DNA of 64,000 bases from Haliotis rubra (taxonomy: Eukaryota): positions 124,001 through 188,000 of the forward strand of contig NW_025765021.1 of assembly GCF_003918875.1 (NCBI RefSeq). The letters run 5' to 3'. The notes under the pieces are model-generated. The model saw only the letters and a list, made by a program, of their open reading frames with translations. It searched no databases and had not been told where the DNA came from. This document shows positions 49,468-61,058 of this stretch, one piece after another. The translations under genes were made by a program, and so were the position numbers. Position 1 is the stretch's first letter. Each line of letters opens with the position of its first letter.

Positions 49468-50260
49468 TGAGTATCACAAAAGAGTTAAAACTAGCTAGCA
49501 TATATTTTTAAAAGTGAAAAACTATTTTATATGAATAAAACTATACTGAAATGAGGTGAATCAAGTAATAAAGAATTTTATTCATAAATGTATATTTTTA
49601 CAATTTTGGAAAGACGTTGAATAATACAAATATGATGGCTATCACTTATTTGAGACACCAATCGTTACAGTGAAAACATGGTGAAAAGAGGGATCAATTC
49701 TAGACCAGTTTACACATTAAGTACATCACCAGGTATACCCATATAAGGCACGACCAGAAATGATTAAAGGCACACCTCCATTTCTTATGACTGTGCATAT
49801 TGTTTTTTCACTCTTTCTAACTTTCAGATAGCATAGCGATTCCATTTCCAGTACAAACATCGTTTTGTCGAAGTAGAAGGGACCCACGTAAGTACTTCGA
49901 GTTATCTGAGGTTTGACACAACCGCAAAATGAATAGGCAGGGACCACATTTTTACTTTTTACTGTCGACATATCGAAGTTCGACACAACATCACTTTGAA
50001 TTAGTATGAATACACACATTATTACTACAAACAAGCAAGCAATTAACACGCTGAGCAAGCACTCTATCATCAGTATTTACAATGCGTGGCGTGGACTGCA
50101 CGTGAAAGGATACTCGGACTAGGTTGTGTTGCAAGAGAGCACACGACACAGATGTCACATTTTCAAAAATATCTAACGATCTCCGAAAAAGAGTCAATGT
50201 CAGTTTCCAATTATTTATGCCACAATTCCTTCTCCACAGGTCAACGAGTAATCGTTTTCT

Positions 50261-52744
50261 CTAAAATTCCGTTTCATTCATGATACGCTGACTAACGTCT
50301 CTCCAAAAGCTGCCCTGGTCGTCCCTGTACTTCCCCACACTGAAGATGTGTCTCTCTACCACAACATTGAGCAGGGCCGGGGAGATGTCCCCTCGTCTCA
50401 CGTCCTCAAACAACACAAGCAGGATACTACCAACTGGCATTCTAGTGGAGGAATACACAATACGATTAACAATGAAGCGGCACCACTGGTCCTCAATAAA
50501 AGACTGGGTGAGAACGAGGACCGTCTTCCAACTTGAATCTATTCCGCTGATGATGTCGTCGGCTATTTGTCCACCAGGGATGGTATCTCTGTCCTTCAGG
50601 AAGAGTTTGACTCCATGTCTATCTTCCAGGTGTTCTCTCACAGTGTGACAGATGTACTGGTAATCGACGTCGCTGTAGCCGATGTAGGCGTCATTAGGAA
50701 AGTCAGTACGTTTCGGTGATTTGGAGACATTTACCAACCCAAACAACCGGTGAATGATGTTTAAAACTAAAGTCTTTTTCTGGTTTATCAGGTATATTAA
50801 AATCATGAATAAAATGATCAGTGCAAAAGCAGAAACAGATAGAGATAACCAAATTGGTCCCGAACACCTTCTCCAGGTTTCATCATAATGATGATAAATA
50901 AAAGATGGAGATGTAATAACGCCATCATCAGATACACAGGTATATGTATCTATGCTTTCAACTTTCACATCTGTTTGGAACAGCCACTTCACAAAGTCTA
51001 AGTTCTCACATCCGCAGGACAGAAGGTTGTTGTTAAGGTTCAAAGTAAGGTTATTTGTTGTTGCCAAGGCATCAAGTAGACTCCTCTGTGACGCTGATAG
51101 TACAGGCAGCGAGTTGTAACTGAGGTCAAGACGTAGGAGAGACGGAGTTGTTGTAATGTCAAAGGGGATACTCTCAAAGCGGTTAAAGGACAAATCAATG
51201 ACTGCCAGTTGATTCCCAGCAAATATCTGTGAATCCATGACTGCTAAATCATTGCGACTAAGAACAATATTTTTCAGTGCACCTAATGGCAAAAACATCT
51301 CACGTCCCTCTTTAAGTAGAAAGTCGTTTTTAAAGCCCATTTGAGACATCTTAAGAGTTGTCAAACTTGGAAAATATTTCAATAGTCCAGGATTCACGTT
51401 GGTGAAGTAGTTTCCAGAGACATCGAAATCAGTGAGGTTCTCTAATCCATAAATATTGTATTTAAAGGCATACAAACCGTTAAATTCAAAGTTGAGACTC
51501 TTGAGCGATACTGCATTTGTAAATTCAATATTGCCGTTTATGTAACCTACATCGCTCAACGAACCATGCATATAAAGGTACTCCAGTTTGCTGGGAAGTG
51601 TGAGACGGAATGTTGGTACTGATAACAGGGAGTTATGTTCAGGAATTGTTGTTGGAAAGAACTCGTTTCTCCTTAAGTGATTTGAAAAATTCAGAAACAC
51701 CAACTGAGGCGCAAAGACAAGTTTGAATAAAAGCTGCTTGTCTCCCAGGAAATCATTATCAGAAAGGTCCAAGTGTGTAATGCACTGGGTGAAACGCGAA
51801 TTGGAGTTTAAAATCGAAGAATCAAGCCATACTATTTTATTTTTTTTCATTGAAAACGTCCTCACACAAACGCCTTGAATATTATCCAGCACTTCGTGTG
51901 TAAGAATTCGCGGTTCAACAGGACCATACCGAAAATTAAGGAAATTGTACATTTCATCAAATGAAACACTTGTCATGTTTAGCCCATTTAAACCATACAT
52001 AGACCTAACAGCATCCACTGGAGCAACGAATGTACCCTTAGAAAGGTTCAAATTCTTGAGCCTTTTCAAATAAACAAATGACATTTTATCTACAGCCTCC
52101 AATGGGCAGCTACAAAGATCTAGGTCTTCAACTGGGCTGTGTTGAAAAGATCGTAACGTTATGTTTGACACTTCTTCAATCTTGCAACCATTAAACCCCA
52201 AAAGAAGTCTTTTGAGACTACTCATGTTTGCAAATCCAGATCCAAAGATGGTGATTCCAGATGAATCAATTTTCAATTCCACAACACTTCTTAGTTTACC
52301 GAGAGCGGTTTCTGGATATATACCTTTAAACCGTCGGTCATTGTTGTGCAGGTGAAGCTTCTGAAGTTTCTGTAGTGGTAGGAAGACATCGTCTGGGTAT
52401 GTGTCAGAATTGAGAATAAGATTGTTGTTTTGCAAGAACAGTTCTTCTAAGTTGTAAATGCTTTCAAACGTCCGCTTTTCCAGTTTGGCTAATTTATTGC
52501 TGGAGAGGTCCAGGTATTTGAGCGTATTCCAGGAACTGTTGAGTGGAATGTGCAACACGGCAATGTGATTGCTATGCAAACTGAGCGATGTTGTGTTCAG
52601 GGGAAGATCATTTGGTACAGAGGATAGGTTGTTGCTGGAACAGTTTGCGAACACTCCTCCATATGTCGCATCGTGATGGAACGTACATGCCCAGATAACT
52701 TCTCCAGAGAGACAGACAAGAAGAAGTACAATGTTGTTTGTCAT
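50261..52744 (-). CDS. Toll-like receptor B, intact single coding exon, 827 aa
   Basis: Signal peptide, LRRNT, LxxLxLxxN repeats, LRRCT (NNLLSCGCENLDFVKWL...C), TM, and TIR (DAYIGYSD, RDTIPG, QWCRF, SFWRDV). Confidence 0.95.
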   Translation of the reverse strand: MTNNIVLLLVCLSGEVIWACTFHHDATYGGVFANCSSNNLSSVPNDLPLNTTSLSLHSNHIAVLHIPLNSSWNTLKYLDLSSNKLAKLEKRTFESIYNLEELFLQNNNLILNSDTYPDDVFLPLQKLQKLHLHNNDRRFKGIYPETALGKLRSVVELKIDSSGITIFGSGFANMSSLKRLLLGFNGCKIEEVSNITLRSFQHSPVEDLDLCSCPLEAVDKMSFVYLKRLKNLNLSKGTFVAPVDAVRSMYGLNGLNMTSVSFDEMYNFLNFRYGPVEPRILTHEVLDNIQGVCVRTFSMKKNKIVWLDSSILNSNSRFTQCITHLDLSDNDFLGDKQLLFKLVFAPQLVFLNFSNHLRRNEFFPTTIPEHNSLLSVPTFRLTLPSKLEYLYMHGSLSDVGYINGNIEFTNAVSLKSLNFEFNGLYAFKYNIYGLENLTDFDVSGNYFTNVNPGLLKYFPSLTTLKMSQMGFKNDFLLKEGREMFLPLGALKNIVLSRNDLAVMDSQIFAGNQLAVIDLSFNRFESIPFDITTTPSLLRLDLSYNSLPVLSASQRSLLDALATTNNLTLNLNNNLLSCGCENLDFVKWLFQTDVKVESIDTYTCVSDDGVITSPSFIYHHYDETWRRCSGPIWLSLSVSAFALIILFMILIYLINQKKTLVLNIIHRLFGLVNVSKSPKRTDFPNDAYIGYSDVDYQYICHTVREHLEDRHGVKLFLKDRDTIPGGQIADDIISGIDSSWKTVLVLTQSFIEDQWCRFIVNRIVYSSTRMPVGSILLVLFEDVRRGDISPALLNVVVERHIFSVGKYRDDQGSFWRDVSQRIMNETEF

Positions 52745-52843
52745 GGTTATGTTACCTGAAATAGAACAAACAATAATGTCAGTATACTACACACGGTGTG
52801 CGCTTTGGGGTTTCACGGCCTACAAAGTGATCAAATGTAACAT

Positions 52844-53038
52844 CCCGTGAAGGTCCGGGTTAGAATGAACCTTCAGTAACCCATGCTTGTCGTAAGAGGC
52901 GACTAACGGGATCAGGTGGTCAGGCTCGCTGACTTGGTTGACACATGTCATCGGTTCCCAATTGCGCAGATCGATGCTCATGCTGTTGATCCCTGGATTG
53001 TCTGGTCCAGACTCGATTTATTGACAAACCGCCGCCAT
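52844..53038 (+). mobile_element. Family B element (GAAGGT/ACCTTC head variant)
   Basis: Starts cccgtgaaggtccgggttagaatgaaccttcagtaaccc. Confidence 0.85.
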
Positions 53039-53427
53039 CCCAGATAGCATTTGGACGTTGGCCCAACGTTGGCAATGTTGGCAAAACCATAATAGTCAGT
53101 GATCTAACCCACTCGGCCATCGCGACCATTCACGACAAATGGAAGCCTCACAACTGGTTGTCTTGATCTTTTGTGTTCCTTTTTGACAAGTGTAAATTGG
53201 CACGTCTCGCAACGCCGAGAGCTATCATAAGCAGGACGTGGGAGGTTTATGACACACAATCACGTCAACAAGCCTTGAGGGTCACCACTTGACCAATCAA
53301 TCACTTAGCCCAACGAGTCATAGGAATGTATTGTAACCCGACATTCTAAACGACGTCTGGTTTATCTCTTGCCCAAAGGACTCGTGAAGATCCGGGTTAG
53401 TACAGATGACTAAAATACCTGTAAAGT

Positions 53428-53580
53428 GATGTCATTGAAGTCATGGGGTGGCCATCGACTGCACCTGACCTCAATCCCATCGCAAACGTTAGTACAACAA
53501 AGTTGTCTAATGCTGTGTTCATGGGTGCTAGGCAACAATGAGACAACGTTGAATGCGACAGGGGGCATACGCGGATCTGA
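53428..53580 (+). mobile_element. Tc1 transposase C-terminal relic
   Basis: VMGWPSTAPDLNPIANV ... RGHTRI*, compare MDWPSRSPDLNPIE...GGHTRY of the 56-57 kb element. Confidence 0.6.
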
Positions 53581-54177
53581 ACAAGCTCCAACACAGATGA
53601 CTAGTCCCTGTGAAATCAAACAGTGACGCCATCGTGCTATTGTTGACTATGGAGGGTGGGCCACGCCCACCTAAATGCTTAATCCTATATTAATGTCAGT
53701 CATTACGTCCATAAAACGGATTTATCAAGTAGAAACACTGTTTCTTCTATTAGGGCATGTTTGGGACATAAAGGTTCTTTTTTCACAGTATACCATTCAA
53801 CCTAACCAGGAAATGTCCATTGTGCTATTTCGTAGCAATGCTATATTCGACAATTAGACAGTTGTATATGGCCACACAAATGTATACTGCCCTTGCATCC
53901 TGACATTATCTATAAAACACAAATACTCTAGTTTTTTATCACATACCATCGTTATATTGGTATCTCGTGTTCTTCGCAAAATACGGACTGGATGGCAAGC
54001 CGTCGGAATTGGTTGTGAGTATTTTCGCAACGTGTTGGCACACGATAATCTCACTTTTGTCACCAGCTTGCGTGCTCCAGACTCGACACCAGAAACATAT
54101 CCCCAATCAATACTGGCTCCTATAATGAATCTAGGTTTGTCAGAACAACACCCGTGCCCGTGAGTTTCACGAAAGTG

Positions 54178-54339
54178 AGGGCGGTTCGGTAGCCAAGCGG
54201 TTAAAGCGTTCGCTCGTCACGGCCAAGACTCGGGTTTGATTCCCACATGGGTACAATGTTTGAAGCCCATTTCTGGTGTCCACCGCCGTGCTATTACTGG
54301 AATATTGCTAAAAGGGACATAAAACTCAACTCACTCACT
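54178..54339 (+). mobile_element. tRNA-derived SINE, family C
   Basis: Near full length; TSD ttcac.aaagtg. Confidence 0.85.
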
Positions 54340-55227
54340 TCACCAAAGTGGTACACGCCTGACACCTGTGCACAGAGCTTCAGACTTTTCTCCCACATCA
54401 AACTGACACATCGTCATATCACTGGAATACGTTCCAAGCGGTGTTAAACCAAACTCCCTCTGTCGTAAGTTATATACGTTTAACAATACTTACATGTCAA
54501 CATGGATCTTCCTTTAACACGTCTACGTCTGTAGGCGTCTGTGATTGTAGTTGCAGCTGTCGTGCTGTAAATGAGCTCCGCATCCGATAGAACCCCGGGT
54601 CGAGGTTCGGGTAAGGTCCCAACTGAGATCCGGGTTAGAAGGAAATTATCATTGTGACAACGTGCAACTCTGTAAATGTAGTGTAGAAGGACATAATTAA
54701 CATCACATGATCCGTTGTGTATATTGGCTGGTTGGTTGGTTGTTGTTTATTTTTTAACGTCGCACTCAGCCGTTATGTATGCACACACACGCAGAGTAAG
54801 TGAGATGATGATGATGATGATAATAATGATGATGATGCGGCGTTAATCACAAACAAACATTCACACAGGAAGGGCAATAGAATGCAGATAAACAATAATA
54901 TCAGACAAATAAGATGAAACAGCATATAGTTAAAATGCACATTGTACAAAACAACAAGGTTTCTTACCTGAGTGAATAAGTGTTGATTTTATTAATCAGT
55001 TTCTGGGTGATGAGTGGCAAATTGTCGTCCATATGTACACACGTTCTACCCACAGGAGGTAATCCCAGTGTATAGGTTAGATTAGTGAGGTTAGTTTGAA
55101 ACTTTAGTAACTCTATCTCGACAAAGATACAGATTTGCTTTTGAGAAGGCTTTGAGGATGTGAATACGAATATCTGCTCAGCTTGTTCACCACTGTTTGT
55201 ACTAGCGGTTCTTGTGATTTGATAAGG

Positions 55228-55340
55228 CAGGGCCCCGTTCCTCAAAGCGATCGTAGCGCTACGACAGTCGTAAGTCTATGTTAAAGTATGGGAGTTACGA
55301 CTGTCGTAGCGCTACGATCGCTTTGAGGAACGGGGCCCTG
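55228..55340. mobile_element. Hairpin MITE with perfect 46-bp arms (CWG-ended, Harbinger-like)
   Basis: 55228-55273 is the exact reverse complement of 55295-55340; 21-nt spacer. Confidence 0.85.
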
Positions 55341-56274
55341 GATAATAAACAGAGCTGCAGATTCAGATAAATGTATGTGTTTCCTTCATTCAATAAAGAG
55401 TGAGTGAGTTTAGTTTTACGCCGCACCCAGCAATATTCCAACTATACTCCTCACAAATAGTTGTGACAATATAACTTTGTAGTATCATTACATGTTCATT
55501 TATTGAAATTGCAAATAATGGAATGATGCAATAGAAAGGTGAAACATGTGTACACACGATTAACGAAAATGAAATGTATGTGTTTCCTTCATTCAGTAAT
55601 GAAGCATGCAACGATGAGGATAAGAACTTCTTGTTTATTGCATATAACGGCGTTTCGGTGTAGATTGGTCATAAGGTTGATCACTCTTAGCTTGATAAGG
55701 AATCTATGCAATCAACAAGAAGGCGTCATCCATAAAGCTGTATGCTTTATTTTTATATGCTGTCTGGGGTCAAAGGGAAAATCGAGATCATTCAAACGTG
55801 TCGGATAACGTAGAAAACATTGAAAGCAAGTATAGAAGAAATATCCTCATATTTAGTGATGTGGTATGTGAAACGTCCGTGTATGAGGTTCAAGATTTCA
55901 TCGAAAACGTCAGTTAAATCTCGCGGACTGAGCGCATCATGTTGATAAAATGAAAGCGTATTCCTCATTGGTGTGAAATGTATCGCTGACAAAGGTGCCA
56001 ACATATAACCGCGCTTAGGACTGTCAGAATCGAAATACCGTGTGTCAGATGATTTTCAACGCAGGAAGATAGATTAATCAAGTTGATAGATGCAACGAAG
56101 TTCATGTGTATGGTAACACAGCAATACCAAAAGACAGAAAACATGACATTGCCGGAATTGGCAAGACACCCACTTATTTTGGACCCCGAAATCGCCGTGC
56201 AATGGAGGTCCATGGAGGCCCATATGAGTTTCAAAATACTTTCATGTAATATAGAAAGACAGAATACATAAATA

Positions 56275-57776
56275 TACTGTGTCAAAAAAGAAACTTCACA
56301 AAATGTAATTTGAAAAATAATGAATATTTCTTCTCTGATGATACATCTATGTATCAGAGATGGGATCCCTATCTTTCGACTCTAGAAAAACGTTAGCAAA
56401 ACCCACTCAAACGCATCCATTCGTCGTGCAAATGACGTTAGTGCCAAATCAGGTTTTGCACGTGCAGTCTTCATATGCACGTGTTTGCATTGGCCTCAAG
56501 AATTGTAAAAACACTTTTAAACCACAGTTCTAACGGTACTTGAAATGCCACGATTGTCAAATGTGCAACGTGAACGTGCCGTTGGCATGTTGCAAGCGAG
56601 AAGATCAGTTATTGACGTCACAAGAGCAATGGGATGCAGCCGTCGCACTGTGTATGACTTGCGAGGTCGTCTACAACAAACTGGCACCACTTCAGATCGC
56701 CCAAGGTCGGGTCATCCACGTGTGACGTCACGAGCAGAAGACCGTCAAATCGTCCTACGTCATCTACGTGACAGATTTCTGCCGGCTACACGAACCAGGG
56801 CTGAGATGTTTAGAGGTCGACTGTCCTCACAGACCATTCAAAACCGGTTGCGGGCTGCCAATCTCCAATCTCGATTTCCATATCGTGGGCCAATATTGAC
56901 GCCGTTTCATCAACATCAACGTCTGCTGTGGGCCCAATGTCACCTCCGATGGACCCAGAGAGACTAGAATCCAGTCGCCTTTAGCGATGAATCCAGGTTG
57001 ACCCTCAGATTCGCTGATGGCAGGCATAGAGTCTGGAGACGAGGTCGTGAACGGTATGCCCAATGTTGTGTACAGGAAGTCGACAGATTCGGGGCGGAAG
57101 TTGCATGGTGTGGGGTGCTTTCTGTGGGAACAACCGTTCCCGACTTCTGGTCATCGGTGGAAACCTCACAGCTGCTGCTTACCGCGACCAAGTGCTCACC
57201 CCTGAACTCGTTCCTTTCACGGCGGCTCATGGCCCAGGTCTACAGTTCCAGCATGATAATGCTCGGCCGCATACCGCGATGTTGACACAAAATTTCCTTC
57301 AAAACGCTGGAATCAACGTCATGGACTGGCCATCGAGGTCCCCTGACCTTAATCCAATAGAGTACGTTTGGGATGCTCTTGGGAGAAGGCTTCGTGGTCT
57401 TAGGAACCAACCTCAGAATTTGCAGGAACTTGGCGCTGCCTTGCAAGAGCAATGGCGCAGAATCCCCAACCACGTGTTCACAAGCATCAGGCAGTCGATG
57501 AGGAGACAGTGTTTGGCAGTGGTGAATGCGCGGGGCGGCCATACACGATATTGAACTGAGAAATTTCGCATTTTTATTCTTGTGACTTGACATTCTGTAT
57601 ACCCAAGTTTTGGAACGGCGGTGTAGCCTAATGGAACTGATTATGGCACTGTCTGTGTATCGAGTACATCACACAGATCTCAGCAATGAAATAATAACAA
57701 TTAAACCATCTTACCATCTCTTGTTCTTTTATAGTGCCCTGAAGAAAGAATGTGAAGTTTCTTTTTTGACTCAGTA
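56275..57776 (+). mobile_element. Full-length Tc1 (DD34E) transposon; transposase disrupted
   Basis: TA|tactgtgtcaaaaaagaaacttcaca...tgtgaagtttcttttttgactcagta|TA. Transposase 56545-57554 with FSDES, HDNA-34aa-E (DLNPIE); stop at 56965 and frameshift near 57090. Confidence 0.92.
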
Positions 57777-57778
57777 TA

Positions 57779-59020
57779 TTTCTGCTACTCTTTGCCGATG
57801 ATTTTGTATTATTCTCTAGTACTGTTAGCGGTTTACAGAAACACATATATGAATTAGACAAATTTTCTGACCAATATAAATTGTGTGTAAACAGAGACAA
57901 AACCAAAATTATCGTCTTTAAGAAAGGTGGAAAACTTTCTAAATTAGAAAAATTATATCATAAAGGATAACTACTCCAAACTATCAGTGTTCATAAGTTC
58001 ATTGGCGTATATTTCTCTAATAGTCTTTCCTGGTTCAAAAACACAAGACAAGCGTCAGTACAAGCCTTGAAATTTAAAAATATGAGATCTCTAGGTGAAA
58101 TGTCCTTTAAAATATTCGATATGAAGATAAGTCCAATACTTCTATATGGCTCTGAAATATGGGGATTACAGCAATATGACAATATTGAAGAGTTCATTTA
58201 TATGCGTGCAAAAAGGTTTCTTGGTGTAAAACCGAACACATGTAATCTGATGGTTTAAGGAGAATTAGGTATATTTCCCTCGCTTATATATTCTTCCGTT
58301 AAAGCCATAAAGTATTGGGTAAGATTACTGCATATGCCATGCCATGGGTTTCCGAAAAGATGTTATGATATGATGACATTGTATGACGAAAATGGGAAAA
58401 TTGGTGACTGATATTAGGGAGTTGTACAAAACTGGCTATGGTTATGTGTGGTGTGATCACAATTTTTAGTCCCATGCAAATTTTATCATATCATTTTCAC
58501 AAAGAATAAAAGATATGTATTTACAAGCTTTGACGGAATCATTGCTTCTATCCACAAAATGTTTATACTATAATCAATAGAATTCGGACAGACGTTTTGA
58601 AGACTATTTTGCATATATCTCTCTCTCTCGTTTTCGTTGCTGTTTCCGTGAATTATTTATTGAAATTGGCAGGTATGCAGGTATACAAAGAGAAAACAGA
58701 ATATGTCAATTATGTAATATGAATAGTGTTGAAGATGAACTACATTTCCTTCTAGTCTGTGCTGTTTATACGACTCTACGAACGAACTACCTAAAGCCAC
58801 ACTATTATATTATAAGCATCAAACTGTAAGAAAATTAATTTCATTATAAACAGACACTACTCACTTTAACAGAACTTGCAATGTACATCTATTTCGCTAT
58901 GAGGTTAAGTAAAATGATTGTTACAGAAAAGAGTTTATAAATGACTTCTATGTACTCATGTATGCATTATATGTACTACAGGCCTGTGGCCGTTTTAAGT
59001 GCTGAATAAAGATTGATTGA
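57779..59020 (+). mobile_element. RTEX-like LINE, 5'-truncated
   Basis: LLLFADD, KTKIIVF, PILLYGSEIWG, GELG, RICQLCNMNSVEDELHFLLVC; ends aataaa(gatt)n. Confidence 0.75.
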
Positions 59021-59414
59021 TGGATATTCTGGTCAAAAGTTTCCATCTCTAAGTGCTTCCAGTTCGTGGTTTGTGTTGCTCATTTGATTAAAGTGTTTCT
59101 ACAACGTTTGAATACATTTTATCCAATGAAATACAAGTGACACATATTTCTTAAAAACAATGACTATATCATATTAGTGAGGTAATAACTCACCATCAGA
59201 TTATGAGGAGTTTTCGTGAAATGATGAAAGTATCATGGCCCATCGGGGAAACAAAGGCACGTCAGATTTACATTTGAAAAGTCATGGGAACATTGGTACA
59301 ATACAAACTTGGGCATTGCATCAGACATTCTTTATATCACCAACCCGTCAAATTTGGCAATGCCTCATCAAGTCAATCATACATTATGTCCACAAAGGCC
59401 TTAAATGAAACATT

Positions 59415-60114
59415 TCAAATCCTGATGTACTGTCTGGCCTCCTACATCCTTCCTCCCTGTAAATATCCACACTGAAGATGTATGTCTCTTACACAACGTT
59501 CAGTAAGGTACGAGGGATGTCTCCTCGTCTCACGTCCTCAAACAACATCAAACCAATACACTCTGCTAGCATTCTCGAAGACGAATACACAACACGATTG
59601 ACAATGAAGCGGCACCTCTCATCCACAAGAAAGGATTGGCTGAGAGCTTGCAGGATTTTCCAGCTGGAGCCTATACAGTCGATGATGTCATCAGCAATTT
59701 GTCATGACCTGCAGGATGGTGTCTCTGTCCTTGAGGAATAGCGTAGGCCTATTCTGATTACGATTCCGATTACAAATATATTGGTAATCGCTATCACTGT
59801 ATCCGAAGTATGCATCATTGGGAAAATCATCCGAAGAATTATTCACGAGTAGAGTTTTTTTGGGTTATCATTGATACTATACCCATTGCTAACAGACACA
59901 TGGCTGCAAGTATTATGCTTATATACAACCAGAACGTTCCAGAACACCATCTCTTTTTTTCATCATGGTCCTCAAAGATTAAAGTTGTGTTCACCACAGA
60001 TCCGTCGTCCCTTACGCATTGGTAGTATATTTCTTGTAGTTGAACCCTTGATTTGAACAACCACTTTATAAAGTCTTACATCCACAGGTAAGAAGGCTCC
60101 CATCAAGATTCAAG
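59415..60114 (-). pseudogene. TLR remnant C (LRRCT-TM-TIR), close paralog of TLR A
   Basis: LNLDGSLLTCGCK, CVRDDGSVVNTT, CSGTFWLYISIILA and TIR fragments with indels; 3' UTR homolog at 59021-59414. Confidence 0.9.
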
Positions 60115-60208
60115 ATTTACCTGAGAAATTGCTGTGGGATGAAGAAAGGCTGTGGCAGGAGGTCAGCCAGTACATCAGGATTTGAAAATGTTGATTTAAG
60201 ACCTTTGT

Positions 60209-60567
60209 GAGGTGAGGTGAGGTGAAATTGGGTCTAACGTCGTGCTTGAGAATATTTCGCTCATATGACGACGTGCATGCGTGTGTATGTGTATGTGCGG
60301 CTGCCTGTACTAGCCCAGTCTGAAGCTGGTTTTATAGTGCTAGCCCACTGAGATACCATGCCACAGTGAAGCATGAATACCCCACTCAGACACATTATAC
60401 TGACTCCGAGCCGACCAGTCCTTGTTTGGCCCATTAATGCCGAGCGCCAGGCAGGGACCAACAAGTACCATATTTTAACGTCTTTTGGTATGACGCGGTC
60501 GGGGATCGAACCCGCGACCTTTCGCTCTCCGGGCGGACGCTCTAACCACTACACAACGGAGGCAGTC
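60209..60567 (-). mobile_element. SINE family A
   Basis: 14-bp TSD tttaagacctttgt. Confidence 0.9.
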
Positions 60568-60787
60568 TTTAAGACCTTTGTCAACAAATCAACTGGTTTT
60601 ACAATGGACATGTTGAGGCGTTTGAAAAATGACGCATGGGTTGGTTGCAATGCCCTATTTTGACTTACACTATCTGTTCCCATGATTTTTCAAATGAACA
60701 TTTGACACGCCTTTGCATGTGTTTGTTTCACCGATGGACCAGGATTCTCTCACCGTTTAGCCGTAAAGTCTATGTCATCATGTTTTA

Positions 60788-61058
60788 GTGAGTGAGTAAG
60801 TGAGTTTAGTTTTACGCCGCACTCAGCAATATTCCAGCTATATGGCGGCGGTCTGTAAATAATCGAGTCTGGACCAGACAATCCAGTGATCAACAGCATG
60901 AGCATCGATCTGCGCAAATGGGAACTGATGACATGTGTCAACCAAGTCAGTGAGCCTGACCACCCGATCCCGTTAGTCGCCTCTTACGACAAGCATAGTC
61001 GCCTTTTGTGGCAAGCGTGGGTTGCTGAAGACCAATTCTACCCCGGATCTTCACGGGC
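60788..61058 (-). mobile_element. Full-length family B element
   Basis: 13-bp TSD tcatcatgtttta; 5' end at (G)CCCGTGAAGATCC. Confidence 0.9.

Noticed and set aside
49726-50197. ORFs downstream of TLR B with a hydrophobic N-terminus
   Set aside because: Probable 3' UTR or intergenic sequence with no recognisable homology.
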